NCBI GenBank assembly: GCA_963778115.1
Contig: CAVZSV010000004.1
Span: 2,752,001 to 2,816,000, forward strand
DNA: 64,000 bases
Source of the DNA: an uncultured delta proteobacterium
GTDB lineage: Bacteria > Bdellovibrionota > FAC87 > UBA2466
Direction: 5' to 3'
Under the pieces are notes generated by a model. It worked only from the letters and a program-made list of their open reading frames with translations. It was not told the origin of the DNA and searched no databases. Below, one piece after another: positions 37,252 through 47,395 of the stretch. Each line of letters begins with the position of its first letter. Position 1 is the stretch's first letter. Made by a program: the position numbers and the translations under genes.

Positions 37252-38230
37252 GGATTTTGAGCGCTTCGGTTTCGGCATCGGAAAGTGGCTGGGTGTCCGG
37301 GAGGTAGGCTCCTGTGACACGCCGGTTTCCATCTCCGATGGCAAGATAGGCGACATGAAATTTCTGAGCCTGTTGGAAGCGGGCGATAAGAACCTGTGAA
37401 TTGGTCCAGCCTTGGGGAACATCGGCGTTCGGATAAAAGGCCATCACGGCCCCAAGCTGTCCGAAGATGATCTTTGCGACTTTGGTGTAGTAGTTAGTTT
37501 CCAAAGTCATATTCCAAACCTCCGCATACGGAAATTCCAAATTACTCAGCACTTCGTTACTCCACCAGGAAAGATTCACGAAGTTAAATGTCTGTTTTAA
37601 TCCATAGGGGGCCAAAGCCTTTTTTGTTTCTTGCAAGAAGGCTTGGGTTCCGTTGGTTTCGGCGGTGTAGTCTCCGGCAATTGGGCCGAGAGAGTCCCAA
37701 TGAATGCCATCGAAGCCCATGGCTTTGATCTCGGGCGCCCATGTTTGCACCATATGATCCGCCCAAGCCGCATTCAAAAAGTAGCAGGGAAATTTCCCCT
37801 CGTGCCAGTACCAGACATTATTGGCATCGATAAGAGGATAGATCTGTTTTGAAGGGTCTGCCCAAGTCGTCTCTTCGGCGGCGACGGACTGAACGTAGGC
37901 CCACGCTCTACCGCCTTGTTTGTGAATTTCATCCAGATAGATAATTAAGGAGCTTCGACAGATCTGACGCTGATGCAACCAAGGGTCGGTCCAGATATTT
38001 CCCATAGTGGGGTGAGAATAATCCGCAAACCAGTCGTAAAATTGAAACTCTTTGATGCCGAACTCTTGCACCATGGTATCCACTGTCGATCGCAGCGTGG
38101 CTTCGTCCTGACATTCAAAAGTAGAGAGATAACCGTAGCGTCCCTTTAGAGGATTTGCGGAGACAGACGTAGAAGACAGAAAAACTATGCAAACCACAAT
38201 CTGAAAGTAAATGATCGTTCGTACTGGCAA
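37217..38230 (-). CDS. Secreted glycoside hydrolase family 66 (dextranase-like) catalytic domain
   Basis: Signal peptide; FQFYDW..H.P, GFDGIHWDSLG and YAEVW motifs. Confidence 0.72.
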   Translation of the reverse strand: MPVRTIIYFQIVVCIVFLSSTSVSANPLKGRYGYLSTFECQDEATLRSTVDTMVQEFGIKEFQFYDWFADYSHPTMGNIWTDPWLHQRQICRSSLIIYLDEIHKQGGRAWAYVQSVAAEETTWADPSKQIYPLIDANNVWYWHEGKFPCYFLNAAWADHMVQTWAPEIKAMGFDGIHWDSLGPIAGDYTAETNGTQAFLQETKKALAPYGLKQTFNFVNLSWWSNEVLSNLEFPYAEVWNMTLETNYYTKVAKIIFGQLGAVMAFYPNADVPQGWTNSQVLIARFQQAQKFHVAYLAIGDGNRRVTGAYLPDTQPLSDAETEALKIPNGTAKPKPGQ

Positions 38231-38563
38231 TGGCTCCCCCTCTACGGGGCCATTATAACGTTTCTCCCTGGATTATCGCCTGCGGTGCGGCGGTGAGACG
38301 AAAACTCCTGCGTACCCCAACGCCAAAGGACCCGTAAGCCCCCAAACCCAAAAAAACGAGAAAAGACAAAATATACTCGTCGCGCGATGGATAAACCAAG
38401 ATCCGAGATCCGAAAAAAAGAAATAAAAAAACAAAAACGTCAGCGACGGAATAGATCACTAACCTCTGCGACCTCCGAAATGGCCTCGTGCAAATAGGTC
38501 GGCGCCACGCTGTGATTCGTTCGTTCACAATGTGGCGCCGTTGGTTTTAATAGCGAAATTGTA

Positions 38564-38854
38564 TTACGCGGCCTTTTTCATCGGGTGCACGACGGGTTTG
38601 CCCATTTGGCTAAGGCATTCGTCTTTCCAACCGTGAGCGACAGCGGCTTTGTAGCTTGCCGATGCGGCGGAGGCCCAGTTAGCTTCATTGGCAAAACGGC
38701 GAGCATAGCGTTTGCAACGCTCGAGCGTCCATTTCACTTTCATGACCTGGGCGGCATCGCGTGCCGAGACAACATTCTCTTTCCCTTTTTTCGCGTCTTT
38801 GGCGTTTGCTTTATTGGCAGCAGCTGGAGCTTTGGCGGTATTGTTTTCTGACAT
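38564..38854 (-). CDS. Small basic protein with a KWT..C...A.....Y.AA...GW..EC..M module
   Basis: GGGGGA RBS; K/A-rich N-terminal tail plus a compact helical module. Confidence 0.7.
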   Translation of the reverse strand: MSENNTAKAPAAANKANAKDAKKGKENVVSARDAAQVMKVKWTLERCKRYARRFANEANWASAASASYKAAVAHGWKDECLSQMGKPVVHPMKKAA

Positions 38855-38981
38855 GAGTCCCCCCTCTTCATTAGATGACAGAGTCTATAGTAGGCGCTGT
38901 TTGTGTGGTGGTGAGGGTGAGGGTGTGTGAGTATGGTGAGGGGAATGTGGAGGGACTGGCATAATTGCTGAAAAAGCAGAA

Positions 38982-40328
38982 TTACTGCAACCCATACTCC
39001 TTCCTCTTTCTCCATAGGGTAACGGTCGTAATCCCCAAACTTTTTGCCACCTTCTCTAGATTACTCTCCTGAGATAGTGCCCGCTCGATATGATGCCGCT
39101 CTAATTCCTCTAGAGAGATAATCGGTCCCTCATCCGTCTTTCCCGAAATTCTCCTATTAAGAATGCTATCGGGAAGGTCACTTTCTTGAATGTCTCTTCC
39201 CGCCGACAACATAAGAAGCCGTTCCAAGACATTGCGAAGCTCGCGAATATTACCTGGCCAGGAGTATTCGAGCAGTCGCCTCATCACATTTTCCGGGATG
39301 GTAGCGGGGGAGGTCTCACCGATCTTAGATCTGAGCTCTCGATAGATCCGGTGGATCATCACTGGAGCATCTTCTCGTCGATGGCGCAAAGGAACCAAAG
39401 TGCATTCAAGGACATTTAATCTGAAATAGAGATCTTCACGGAAAGTTCCGTTCTTTACCGCTTCATCGAGTTTTTTATTTGTGGCGGCAATGATGCGGGT
39501 ATCGACGCTGATGTCATCATGACCTCCCACTCTTTGAAAGACCCGGTCTTGAAGAAATCGAAGTAGCTTCATTTGACCCGCAAGCGAGATATCTCCGATC
39601 TCATCCAGGAAGAGGGTCCCTCCATCGGCTTGCTCTAATTTTCCAGAAGTATCGTGCAGCGCTCCGGTGAAGGCACCCCTGACGTGTCCAAAGAGTTCCG
39701 ACTCGAGAATAGACTCCGCCAGCGTGGTGCACTGGACCGTCACGAAAGGGCCCTTTGCCCTTAATGAGATTTCGTGAATAAGTTTCGCAAGCTCACTTTT
39801 TCCGGTCCCGCTTTCACCTAGCAAGAGCACCGTTCCTTCCGTAGGAGCTAATCTGCGAACGAACTCTTCGAGTCTTTGGCTGGCAGGTGAGGTAAATCCG
39901 GCGAAATAACTTTTCCGGAAGCTAGATCGCTTAAGCTCTCGATTTTCGCGCTTGAGGGCAACCAGGGTCCGGACTTTTTCCAAAAGGTGGATAAGTTGCT
40001 CGTTCTTAAATGGTTTGGGAAGGTAATCAAATGCTCCGGCTTTCACTACGTTCACCGCATTTTCGTAAGAGGCGAAAGCGGTCATTACCACGATCACCGG
40101 AGAGTCGGGTTGGGCTTGCAGTTTCCTGACCAGATCTAAACCGGTGACCCCTTCCATCCGAAAATCGGTGAGGACAAAATCAAAGGCCTGATGCTTCGCC
40201 TTTTCGAGAGCTTCCGTTACGTTGTGGGCCTGGACAACAGTACATCCATGGTCGGAAAGGCTAAGCTTCAGAGTGCGACAGATATTGAGATCGTCGTCTA
40301 CTAACAAAGCGTTTAGCGGGATAGGCAT
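38982..40328 (-). CDS. sigma54-dependent response regulator (NtrC/AlgB-like)
   Basis: REC domain; GESGTGK, GAFTGA, FLDEIG and WPGNIREL; Fis-type HTH. Confidence 0.95.
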   Translation of the reverse strand: MPIPLNALLVDDDLNICRTLKLSLSDHGCTVVQAHNVTEALEKAKHQAFDFVLTDFRMEGVTGLDLVRKLQAQPDSPVIVVMTAFASYENAVNVVKAGAFDYLPKPFKNEQLIHLLEKVRTLVALKRENRELKRSSFRKSYFAGFTSPASQRLEEFVRRLAPTEGTVLLLGESGTGKSELAKLIHEISLRAKGPFVTVQCTTLAESILESELFGHVRGAFTGALHDTSGKLEQADGGTLFLDEIGDISLAGQMKLLRFLQDRVFQRVGGHDDISVDTRIIAATNKKLDEAVKNGTFREDLYFRLNVLECTLVPLRHRREDAPVMIHRIYRELRSKIGETSPATIPENVMRRLLEYSWPGNIRELRNVLERLLMLSAGRDIQESDLPDSILNRRISGKTDEGPIISLEELERHHIERALSQESNLEKVAKSLGITTVTLWRKRKEYGLQ

Positions 40329-40349
40329 GACATTCTCCTTCAGCCTTTC

Positions 40350-42146
40350 TTACCCTATTGCGTTCGCCGCGGGTAACGTGATGCGAAAAACAGCCCCTTT
40401 GGGGTCTCCGGGCGAATATTCAATAATTCCGTGATGCGCTTCAACCACTTCTTTAGCGATCGTTAGCCCGAGTCCTAAAAAACCGCTAGGAACTTTGGAT
40501 TCACTGGGCGGAGCCTGAAAATAAGGGTCAAACATTTTCTTACGCATGCTCTCTGGAATTCCAGGCCCCTCGTCCCGAATCTCAATGAGGATGTGTTCTT
40601 TGTCTTGTGAGAGTTCAATTTGGACTTTACTGTCGGGCGGCGAGAAGCGGACAGCGTTACTCAAGAGATTTGAGATAGCCCACGGAAATTTTACAGAATC
40701 GATATTCGCCCATACGACATCGTTCCCTTTGCGTTCATATTCAATGGAGACCTTCTTGTCCCTGCCCACCAATTTGAAAGGTTTAATCCAATCTGACATC
40801 AGATCACTTAGGGGATGGCGTCCCATTCGCAGACGCAAGGAATGAGATTCGACAAATCCCACTTGCACGAAGTCCTGAGCGACGGCACGAATGCGTTCTA
40901 CATCGTCGTAAATGGTTTCGATGAGCATCTGCCCATCTTTATCCACCTGGTCCTTTCGTTTGAGCAGAAGTTCGGAAGCGGTGCCTAAGGATTGTAAAGG
41001 CGTCTTTAACTCGTGGGAAAGGACAGCAATAAACTCGGATTTTAGTCTTTCTCGTTGTTTTCTCTCGGTGAGATCATGAAGCAAATAAAGCGAGCCAACG
41101 TTTTCTCCTGATTTTCCCGTGATGGCTCGTCGCCTTCCCGAGTAAGTGCGAAGCTCTCCGTTAATCTTAAGATCGATGGTATTATTGGATTCGAGCTCCC
41201 CGCTTAGGAGTTCTCTTAATTTGAGGTAGTTATCGGCGCCCGTCGAAAGGTCACTCCATTTCTCTCCGACCATGGACTCGACGGGTACTTCCACCAGACG
41301 ACTGAGTCCTGGATTTGCTTGAAGCACATTTCCGAAATTATCTAATACTAGGATGGCATCTTCCACGGAATCCAAGACCACTTCTAACTTACTTCTTTGA
41401 TCCGCCAGTTCCTCCACATTGAGCATGCGAAGCTCGGACAACCGTTTCCACAGCTGGTTCATTTCATGGACCAGAATTCTAATTTCAAGGCTGGTGGGGG
41501 TGGGAAGTTTTAGACGTTCTCCTGGAACGGGCTTATTCCGAAGTGCTTCGGCGATCTCTTTTAGCGGACTTGCTAGGCGGGATGCCAGTCCGTCCGCCAA
41601 GAAAATAGCGACACAAAAACTGATAACCAAAATGAATGCGGTTCCCAGAAAAACGCGAGTTCGGATCGTAGTACTCTCTTCAGCGAGGTCGAACATCACT
41701 CCTTCGTTGAGTCGAATGAGCTGGCGCAAAGCCGAATGCATGTCCACAAACCTCGGGGCAAAAGCCGGAGATTCAATGTCGAAGCCTACTGCTCGAGCTG
41801 ACTCCCAGAGGGTTCTGATTTTAGTGGCAACCTCTTTCTCACCGGGAACGGTGATGTTGCCTTCTTCAAATTTTAGAGCGCCTTCGAACTGTTCGATCCA
41901 TTTGGATTTGGTCTTCTGACTGAAGGCTACCGGAAATCTGAGCCCGTTCCAAGCATCGGTCATCTGCTTGGACGCCGCTATCGAATCGTAATTGAGATGA
42001 ATGATTTGAGGAGTAATACCGCTTGCGAAAAATACGGCGGCGAGAATAAAGATCGCAAGTCCGCCGTAAATCAGAAGCATGGCCAGAAAACTGCGCATGA
42101 TCTTTCGTCTTAATGGCGGCAAACTAATGGCTATCGAACGATCCAT
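40350..42146 (-). CDS. Sensor histidine kinase (KinB-like: TM-sensor-HAMP-PAS-HisKA-HATPase)
   Basis: SHELKTPL H-box; NLLSNA, DEGPG and GLGL boxes. Confidence 0.92.
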   Translation of the reverse strand: MDRSIAISLPPLRRKIMRSFLAMLLIYGGLAIFILAAVFFASGITPQIIHLNYDSIAASKQMTDAWNGLRFPVAFSQKTKSKWIEQFEGALKFEEGNITVPGEKEVATKIRTLWESARAVGFDIESPAFAPRFVDMHSALRQLIRLNEGVMFDLAEESTTIRTRVFLGTAFILVISFCVAIFLADGLASRLASPLKEIAEALRNKPVPGERLKLPTPTSLEIRILVHEMNQLWKRLSELRMLNVEELADQRSKLEVVLDSVEDAILVLDNFGNVLQANPGLSRLVEVPVESMVGEKWSDLSTGADNYLKLRELLSGELESNNTIDLKINGELRTYSGRRRAITGKSGENVGSLYLLHDLTERKQRERLKSEFIAVLSHELKTPLQSLGTASELLLKRKDQVDKDGQMLIETIYDDVERIRAVAQDFVQVGFVESHSLRLRMGRHPLSDLMSDWIKPFKLVGRDKKVSIEYERKGNDVVWANIDSVKFPWAISNLLSNAVRFSPPDSKVQIELSQDKEHILIEIRDEGPGIPESMRKKMFDPYFQAPPSESKVPSGFLGLGLTIAKEVVEAHHGIIEYSPGDPKGAVFRITLPAANAIG

Positions 42147-42149
42147 GCG

Positions 42150-43268
42150 CTAACCCCGACCTACGGTCAAAATGTGAACATCAATCCCTACAGAATCATG
42201 AATAAAATCCAAAATCACAGATCCTCGGAAGCGTTCCCTAAGAGGAGAGAGACGCGATTTCCCAAAAATGGCGTGACGCACGTTGTGCTCCTGAGCAAAA
42301 TTCACGAGCAGCTCCGAAATGTTTTCTCCCGTTAGCGTAATGACTTCAGCTCCCAAAGTATTAGCGAGTTTCAGATTGTTTTGTAATTTTCGTTGCAATG
42401 CCGAATCGATTTTCGTGGGAGCTTCAAACTTTCGTTGAACATACACGGCATAACAGTGGCTAGAAAGTTGGGATGCCATTTTGGTGGCCTTACGGAGCAA
42501 GATTTCAGCATTGCTTGGGTCGGAGCTCATTGCCACCATTACGGTCTCATGGGTGAGGGTCGCTTCCTTTCCCGATAGGAGTGTTTGCTCTTCGATGCGA
42601 CGAATCTGGTCACCGGCGGCTTCTCGAAGCACCAGCTCTCGTAGCATCGATAGGTTAGAAGGGGTGAAAAAGTGGCCCAGCGCGAGTTCAGATTGCGCTT
42701 TCTTGTAAATCTTTCCCGTTCGCAGCCTTTCTCGCAACTCTTCGATGCTGACGTCGATGTTAACCAGCTGATCGGCGTAAAGAAGTATATTATCGGGAAC
42801 GCGTTCTCGTATCTCGATTCCGGTAACGCTTGCGACTTTGTCCGCGACCGATTCTAAGTGTTGAACATTGAGAGTGGTGATGACGTTAATGCGATGATCT
42901 AGGATTTCAAGGACATCTTCGTAACGCTTTTCGTGCTTTCCCCCCGCCTCGTTCGTATGAGCCAATTCGTCGATCAGAACGATCTGTGGGTTTCTTTGGA
43001 TGATGGCATCTACATCCATCTCGTGGAAATCGCGACTGGCAACAGTCACCGATTTGCGAGGGATGATCTCAAGATCCCTCACTTGTTGCATAGTGTCTGC
43101 CCGTTCGTGAGGCTCCAAGTAGCCAACGACAACATCAAAGCCTCTCGCTTTTAGGCGATGTGCCTCTTGGAGCATGGCAAACGTCTTGCCCACACCCGCG
43201 GCATAGCCTAGATAGATCTTTACCGATCCTTTCTTCCGCCGCTCCAATAGTTCTTCAAAACTGTTCAT
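42150..43268 (-). CDS. kdpD: Truncated (split) KdpD: N-terminal KdpD domain plus USP, no TM or kinase
   Basis: KIYLGYAAGVGKTFAML, DELAHTN and TTLNVQHLES, followed by a USP domain. Confidence 0.9.
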   Translation of the reverse strand: MNSFEELLERRKKGSVKIYLGYAAGVGKTFAMLQEAHRLKARGFDVVVGYLEPHERADTMQQVRDLEIIPRKSVTVASRDFHEMDVDAIIQRNPQIVLIDELAHTNEAGGKHEKRYEDVLEILDHRINVITTLNVQHLESVADKVASVTGIEIRERVPDNILLYADQLVNIDVSIEELRERLRTGKIYKKAQSELALGHFFTPSNLSMLRELVLREAAGDQIRRIEEQTLLSGKEATLTHETVMVAMSSDPSNAEILLRKATKMASQLSSHCYAVYVQRKFEAPTKIDSALQRKLQNNLKLANTLGAEVITLTGENISELLVNFAQEHNVRHAIFGKSRLSPLRERFRGSVILDFIHDSVGIDVHILTVGRG

Positions 43269-43270
43269 CG

Positions 43271-43305
43271 TTACGAATCTTAATGCCCTAGACTACAATT
43301 TGTAA
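43271..43305. promoter_or_regulatory. Tandem putative enhancer (UAS) sites for the Kdp sigma54 activator
   Basis: TTACGAATCTTAA (43271) and CTACAATTTGTAA (43293), 22 bp apart; the same pair recurs at 53900/53922. Confidence 0.6.
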
Positions 43306-43368
43306 TCCTCAAAGCGTGACTTATCCTCTCAATCCACGTATTCAGCAAGATCTGCGCCTAGATAACAA

Positions 43369-43384
43369 TGGCCTGCCGCTTGCT
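43369..43384 (+). promoter_or_regulatory. sigma54 promoter of the kdp operon
   Basis: TGGC-CTGCCGC-TTGCT. Confidence 0.75.
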
Positions 43385-43419
43385 ATTTATTGCAACGAGA
43401 AAAGAAGGAGTAGATGGGA

Positions 43420-43503
43420 ATGGACGCTGCAATGATCGTTTCAACAATAGCCCTATTTGCGGTCTCTCTTTGGTACGTGCGGGCCTGCGAGAAAATAAAC
43501 TGA
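43420..43503 (+). CDS. Additional Kdp-associated single-TM peptide (27 aa)
   Basis: AGAAGGAG RBS; MDAAMIVSTIALFAVSLWYVRACEKIN. Confidence 0.7.
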   Translation: MDAAMIVSTIALFAVSLWYVRACEKIN

Positions 43504-43520
43504 ATTCACGGAGTCGATTT

Positions 43521-43616
43521 ATGTCGGAGACATTAATGAATGGTTCGCTACTCTTTGTTTCCGCGCTCACCATGGGGTATCTGCTCTACGCATTACTCTT
43601 TCCAGAAAGGTTTTAG
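43521..43616 (+). CDS. kdpF: K+-transporting ATPase subunit F
   Basis: YLLYALLFPERF signature; GGAG RBS. Confidence 0.92.
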   Translation: MSETLMNGSLLFVSALTMGYLLYALLFPERF

Positions 43617-43618
43617 CC

Positions 43619-45328
43619 ATGAGCGGTTTGGATTACGGACAACTCGTCCTCTACGTCGGAATACTTGCTCTCACCGCTAAGCCACTCGGGCTTTACCTGC
43701 AAAAGGTCTTTTCGGGGGAGAAGCATTGCCTGATCCCTGTTTTGGGTTGGCTTGAGAGGCTCATTTACCGCCTGACAAACATCGATTCTGAAGAAGATCA
43801 GAGCTGGAGCAAATACGCGGTCCACTTGATGGTCTTTAGCGGGGTTACGTGCCTTTTTACCTACCTCATCTTACGAATTCAAAACTGGCTTCCTTTGAAT
43901 CCGCAACACTTAGGTCCGCTTTCGCCCGACCTTGCTTTTAATACGGCGATTAGCTTCACCACCAACACCAATTGGCAGTCTTATGGTGGGGAAAGCACCA
44001 TGAGTTACTTCTCTCAAATGGTAGGTTTGGCGTTCCACAATTTTATTTCGGCGGCAGTGGGAATCTCAGTTGCCGTTGCTCTAATCCGGGCGCTCGCTCG
44101 ACGAGAGTCTAAAGGGATCGGTAATTTCTGGGCCGACATGATTCGTTGCAACCTTTATTTGCTTTTGCCTTTGAGTTTCGTCCTCGCAGTCGTTCTGATG
44201 TCACAAGGGATGATTCAGAACTTCAAATCTTATGCGGATGTCGTGACTTTGGAGGGGGCGAAGCAGGTCATTGCTTTAGGGCCCGTCGCTTCGCAAGTCG
44301 CGATAAAGATGCTGGGTACCAATGGGGGTGGATTTTTCAACGCTAACGCGGCTCACCCCTACGAGAATCCGACCGCATTATCTAATTTTTTGCAGATGCT
44401 TGCGATATTCCTCATTCCCAGTGGCTTGGTCTACCTCTTGGGCAGTCAGACGAAGCAGCTCAAACATGGTTGGTCGGTATGGTGGGCGATGACTATCGTT
44501 TTTGTCTTGGGCGTCTTAGTCTGCGCCCATTTCGAATATCAAGGCAACCCCGCGCTGAAAAATTTGGGATGTGCAAGTGCTGCCAATATGGAAGGCAAGG
44601 AGGTTCGCTTCGGAATTTTTAATTCGGCCCTCTTTGCGACGATCACAACCGATGCTTCTTGCGGCGCGGTCAATGCCATGCACGATAGTTTCACCCCGTT
44701 GGGAGGCTTAGTTCCTCTCATTAATATCGAATTGGGAGAGATTATTTTCGGAGGCGTAGGTTCCGGCCTCTATGGAATGCTTATCTTTATCATCCTTACC
44801 GTATTCATCGCGGGACTCATGGTAGGACGCACGCCTGAGTACTTGGGAAAGAAGATCGAAGCCCGGGAAGTGAAGTTTGTCATGCTGGCCGTTATCGCGA
44901 TGGCCTTTTGCATCCTAGGATTTAGCGGATGGGGAGTGCTGGATGCCAGGGGACTTGCGGGTCTTGGAAATAATGGTCCCCACGGGTTTAGTGAAATTCT
45001 GTATGCTTTTTCCTCAGCAACGGGAAATAACGGGAGCGCTTTTGGTGGCCTTTCCGCCAATACGATTTTTTGGAACGTGACATTAGCGGTAGCGATGTTC
45101 CTGGGAAGATTTTTTGTGCTGATTCCGATGTTAGCGGTAGCAGGGTCTTTGGGTCGAAAGAAGATCCATCCTGGCGGCGAAGGGACTTTTCCAACGGAAG
45201 GTCCCCTTTTTATCGGCCTTTTGATCGGAGTCATTATTTTGGTGGGTGCGCTGACCTTTTTTCCGGCGCTCAGTCTAGGACCTATCGTAGAGCACTTTGA
45301 AATGATGCTAGGACATTCGTTTCCATAG
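43619..45328 (+). CDS. kdpA: K+-transporting ATPase subunit A
   Basis: TNTNWQSY, LGTNGGG, FGGVGSG and NNGSAF motifs. Confidence 0.97.
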   Translation: MSGLDYGQLVLYVGILALTAKPLGLYLQKVFSGEKHCLIPVLGWLERLIYRLTNIDSEEDQSWSKYAVHLMVFSGVTCLFTYLILRIQNWLPLNPQHLGPLSPDLAFNTAISFTTNTNWQSYGGESTMSYFSQMVGLAFHNFISAAVGISVAVALIRALARRESKGIGNFWADMIRCNLYLLLPLSFVLAVVLMSQGMIQNFKSYADVVTLEGAKQVIALGPVASQVAIKMLGTNGGGFFNANAAHPYENPTALSNFLQMLAIFLIPSGLVYLLGSQTKQLKHGWSVWWAMTIVFVLGVLVCAHFEYQGNPALKNLGCASAANMEGKEVRFGIFNSALFATITTDASCGAVNAMHDSFTPLGGLVPLINIELGEIIFGGVGSGLYGMLIFIILTVFIAGLMVGRTPEYLGKKIEAREVKFVMLAVIAMAFCILGFSGWGVLDARGLAGLGNNGPHGFSEILYAFSSATGNNGSAFGGLSANTIFWNVTLAVAMFLGRFFVLIPMLAVAGSLGRKKIHPGGEGTFPTEGPLFIGLLIGVIILVGALTFFPALSLGPIVEHFEMMLGHSFP

Positions 45329-45340
45329 AGAGATGTAAAA

Positions 45341-47374
45341 ATGAAACAGACACCTGCAAATTCAATTTGGAATCCGGCATTAATCCGCACCGCGAGTTGG
45401 GATGCCGTACGCAAAGTGAATCCGAAAGCAATGGTGAAAAACCCGGTTATGTTTGTCGTTCTTATCGGGAGTGTCCTTACGACTATCGCTTTCATTTCCG
45501 ATTTGGCTCATGGAGCGGGCTCGGAAGCGATTTTTAGCGGACAGATATCGCTTTGGCTCTGGTTTACGGTACTGTTTGCCAATTTCGCGGAAGCGATGGC
45601 GGAAGGTCGGGGCAAGGCCCAAGCAGAGACTCTGCGCAAAGCCCGGACGGAGACGCTGGCGCGGCGAAAAACTCCCGAAGGAAAGATAGAAGAGGTTCCT
45701 TCATCAGCACTCCGCAAAGACGATTTGGTGGTGGTGGCGGCAGGGCAAGTGATTCCCGCAGATGGAACGGTTGTGGAGGGTGTTGCTTCGGTGGACGAAT
45801 CGGCAATCACCGGAGAGTCGGCACCCGTCATTCGGGAATCCGGAGGAGACAGAAGTGCGGTTACCGGAGGGACTACGGTTTTGTCCGACAAGATTGTCAT
45901 TCAGATTACCACCAATCCCGGAGAGTCTTTTTTGGATCGCATGATCGCGCTTGTCGAAGGCGCTGTCCGTCAGAAGACGCCCAATGAGATAGCTTTGAGC
46001 ATTTTGCTTTCGGGGCTAACCATTATCTTTTTATTGGCCGTGGTAACCCTTCGTCCCTATGCGATCTATAGCCATACTGATGTCTCCGTTGTGATCTTAA
46101 TCTCGTTACTGGTCTGTCTTATTCCAACGACCATTGGGGGACTTCTATCGGCCATAGGTATTGCCGGAATGGATCGCTTGGTTCAAAGAAATGTGCTCGC
46201 TATGTCTGGCCGAGCGGTCGAAGCGGCGGGGGATGTCGATGTTTTGCTTTTGGATAAGACCGGGACCATCACCATCGGTAACCGCATGGCTTCGGAATTT
46301 ATTTCGGCGGACGGAGTCACTCTCCAGGAGCTTGCGGAAAATGCTTATTTGGCTTCGATGGGGGATTTGACCCCCGAGGGACGCTCTATTGTCACTTTGG
46401 CGGTGGCCAAAGGGGCGAGGCAAAATACTCCGCCGGAAGCGGTCATCATTCCTTTTACCGCGGAAACAAGAATGAGCGGGACTGATATCGGAAAGGTGCT
46501 GGTTCGAAAGGGGGCTAAAGATGCCATCGAAAATTGGATTCGCCCCAAACAAGGAATGCTTTCTTCCAAAGTAATCCAAGCCGTGGAAAAGATCGCCAAA
46601 GATGGGGGAACTCCTCTATTAGTCTCCAAAGACGAAAGAGTTTTGGGGGTCATTCATCTAAAAGATGTGGTGAAGCCCGGCATTAGCGACCGATTTAAGA
46701 GAATTCGTGCCATGGGAATTAAAACCGTCATGGTGACGGGAGATAACCGTCTCACGGCGGCTGCCATTGCTAAGGAAGCCGGCGTCGACGACTTTCTCGC
46801 TGAAGCGAAACCCGAAGACAAATTACAGCTTATCAAATCGACTCAATTGGAAGGCCGAATGGTGGCTATGTCGGGGGACGGCACCAACGATGCTCCCGCT
46901 CTGGCGCAGTCGGATGTCGGGCTCGTAATGAATACCGGGACGCAGGCGGCGAGAGAAGCCGGCAATATGATCGATCTCGATTCGGATCCCACGAAGATTA
47001 TTGAGATTGTGGAAATCGGTAAGGAGCTTCTCATCACGCGAGGAAGCCTTACTACTTTTAGTATCGCCAATGACGTTGCCAAGTACTTTGCCATAATTCC
47101 AGCGATCTTTGCGGCTACGTTACCGAGTCTTAATGCCATCAACGTGATGCATCTGAATAGTCCGAAATCGGCTATCCTCTCAGCCGTAATCTTCAACGCC
47201 CTCATTATTATAGTGCTTATCCCGCTGGCCCTCAGAGGGGTGGGATATCGACCTCAGTCCGCGGCCAGTATTTTAAAGCGCAATATTCTAATTTACGGAT
47301 TGGGCGGAATCGTCGTTCCGTTCATCGGAATTAAGTTCATTGATGTCGTGGTAGCGTTCTTTCACTTGGTTTAA
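45341..47374 (+). CDS. kdpB: K+-transporting ATPase subunit B
   Basis: TGES, IPTTIG, DKTGT and GDGTNDAP motifs. Confidence 0.97.
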   Translation: MKQTPANSIWNPALIRTASWDAVRKVNPKAMVKNPVMFVVLIGSVLTTIAFISDLAHGAGSEAIFSGQISLWLWFTVLFANFAEAMAEGRGKAQAETLRKARTETLARRKTPEGKIEEVPSSALRKDDLVVVAAGQVIPADGTVVEGVASVDESAITGESAPVIRESGGDRSAVTGGTTVLSDKIVIQITTNPGESFLDRMIALVEGAVRQKTPNEIALSILLSGLTIIFLLAVVTLRPYAIYSHTDVSVVILISLLVCLIPTTIGGLLSAIGIAGMDRLVQRNVLAMSGRAVEAAGDVDVLLLDKTGTITIGNRMASEFISADGVTLQELAENAYLASMGDLTPEGRSIVTLAVAKGARQNTPPEAVIIPFTAETRMSGTDIGKVLVRKGAKDAIENWIRPKQGMLSSKVIQAVEKIAKDGGTPLLVSKDERVLGVIHLKDVVKPGISDRFKRIRAMGIKTVMVTGDNRLTAAAIAKEAGVDDFLAEAKPEDKLQLIKSTQLEGRMVAMSGDGTNDAPALAQSDVGLVMNTGTQAAREAGNMIDLDSDPTKIIEIVEIGKELLITRGSLTTFSIANDVAKYFAIIPAIFAATLPSLNAINVMHLNSPKSAILSAVIFNALIIIVLIPLALRGVGYRPQSAASILKRNILIYGLGGIVVPFIGIKFIDVVVAFFHLV

Positions 47375-47395
47375 AGCAGAAGGAGTAGAAAAGCT

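Noticed and set aside
38253..38528. 91-aa minus-strand ORF with two hydrophobic stretches
   Set aside because: The hydrophobicity derives from A/T-rich low-complexity DNA; no RBS or motif, so it cannot be supported
44770..45495. 241-aa antisense ORF over kdpA/kdpB (and similar shadow ORFs throughout)
   Set aside because: Antisense to highly conserved genes, with no independent motifs
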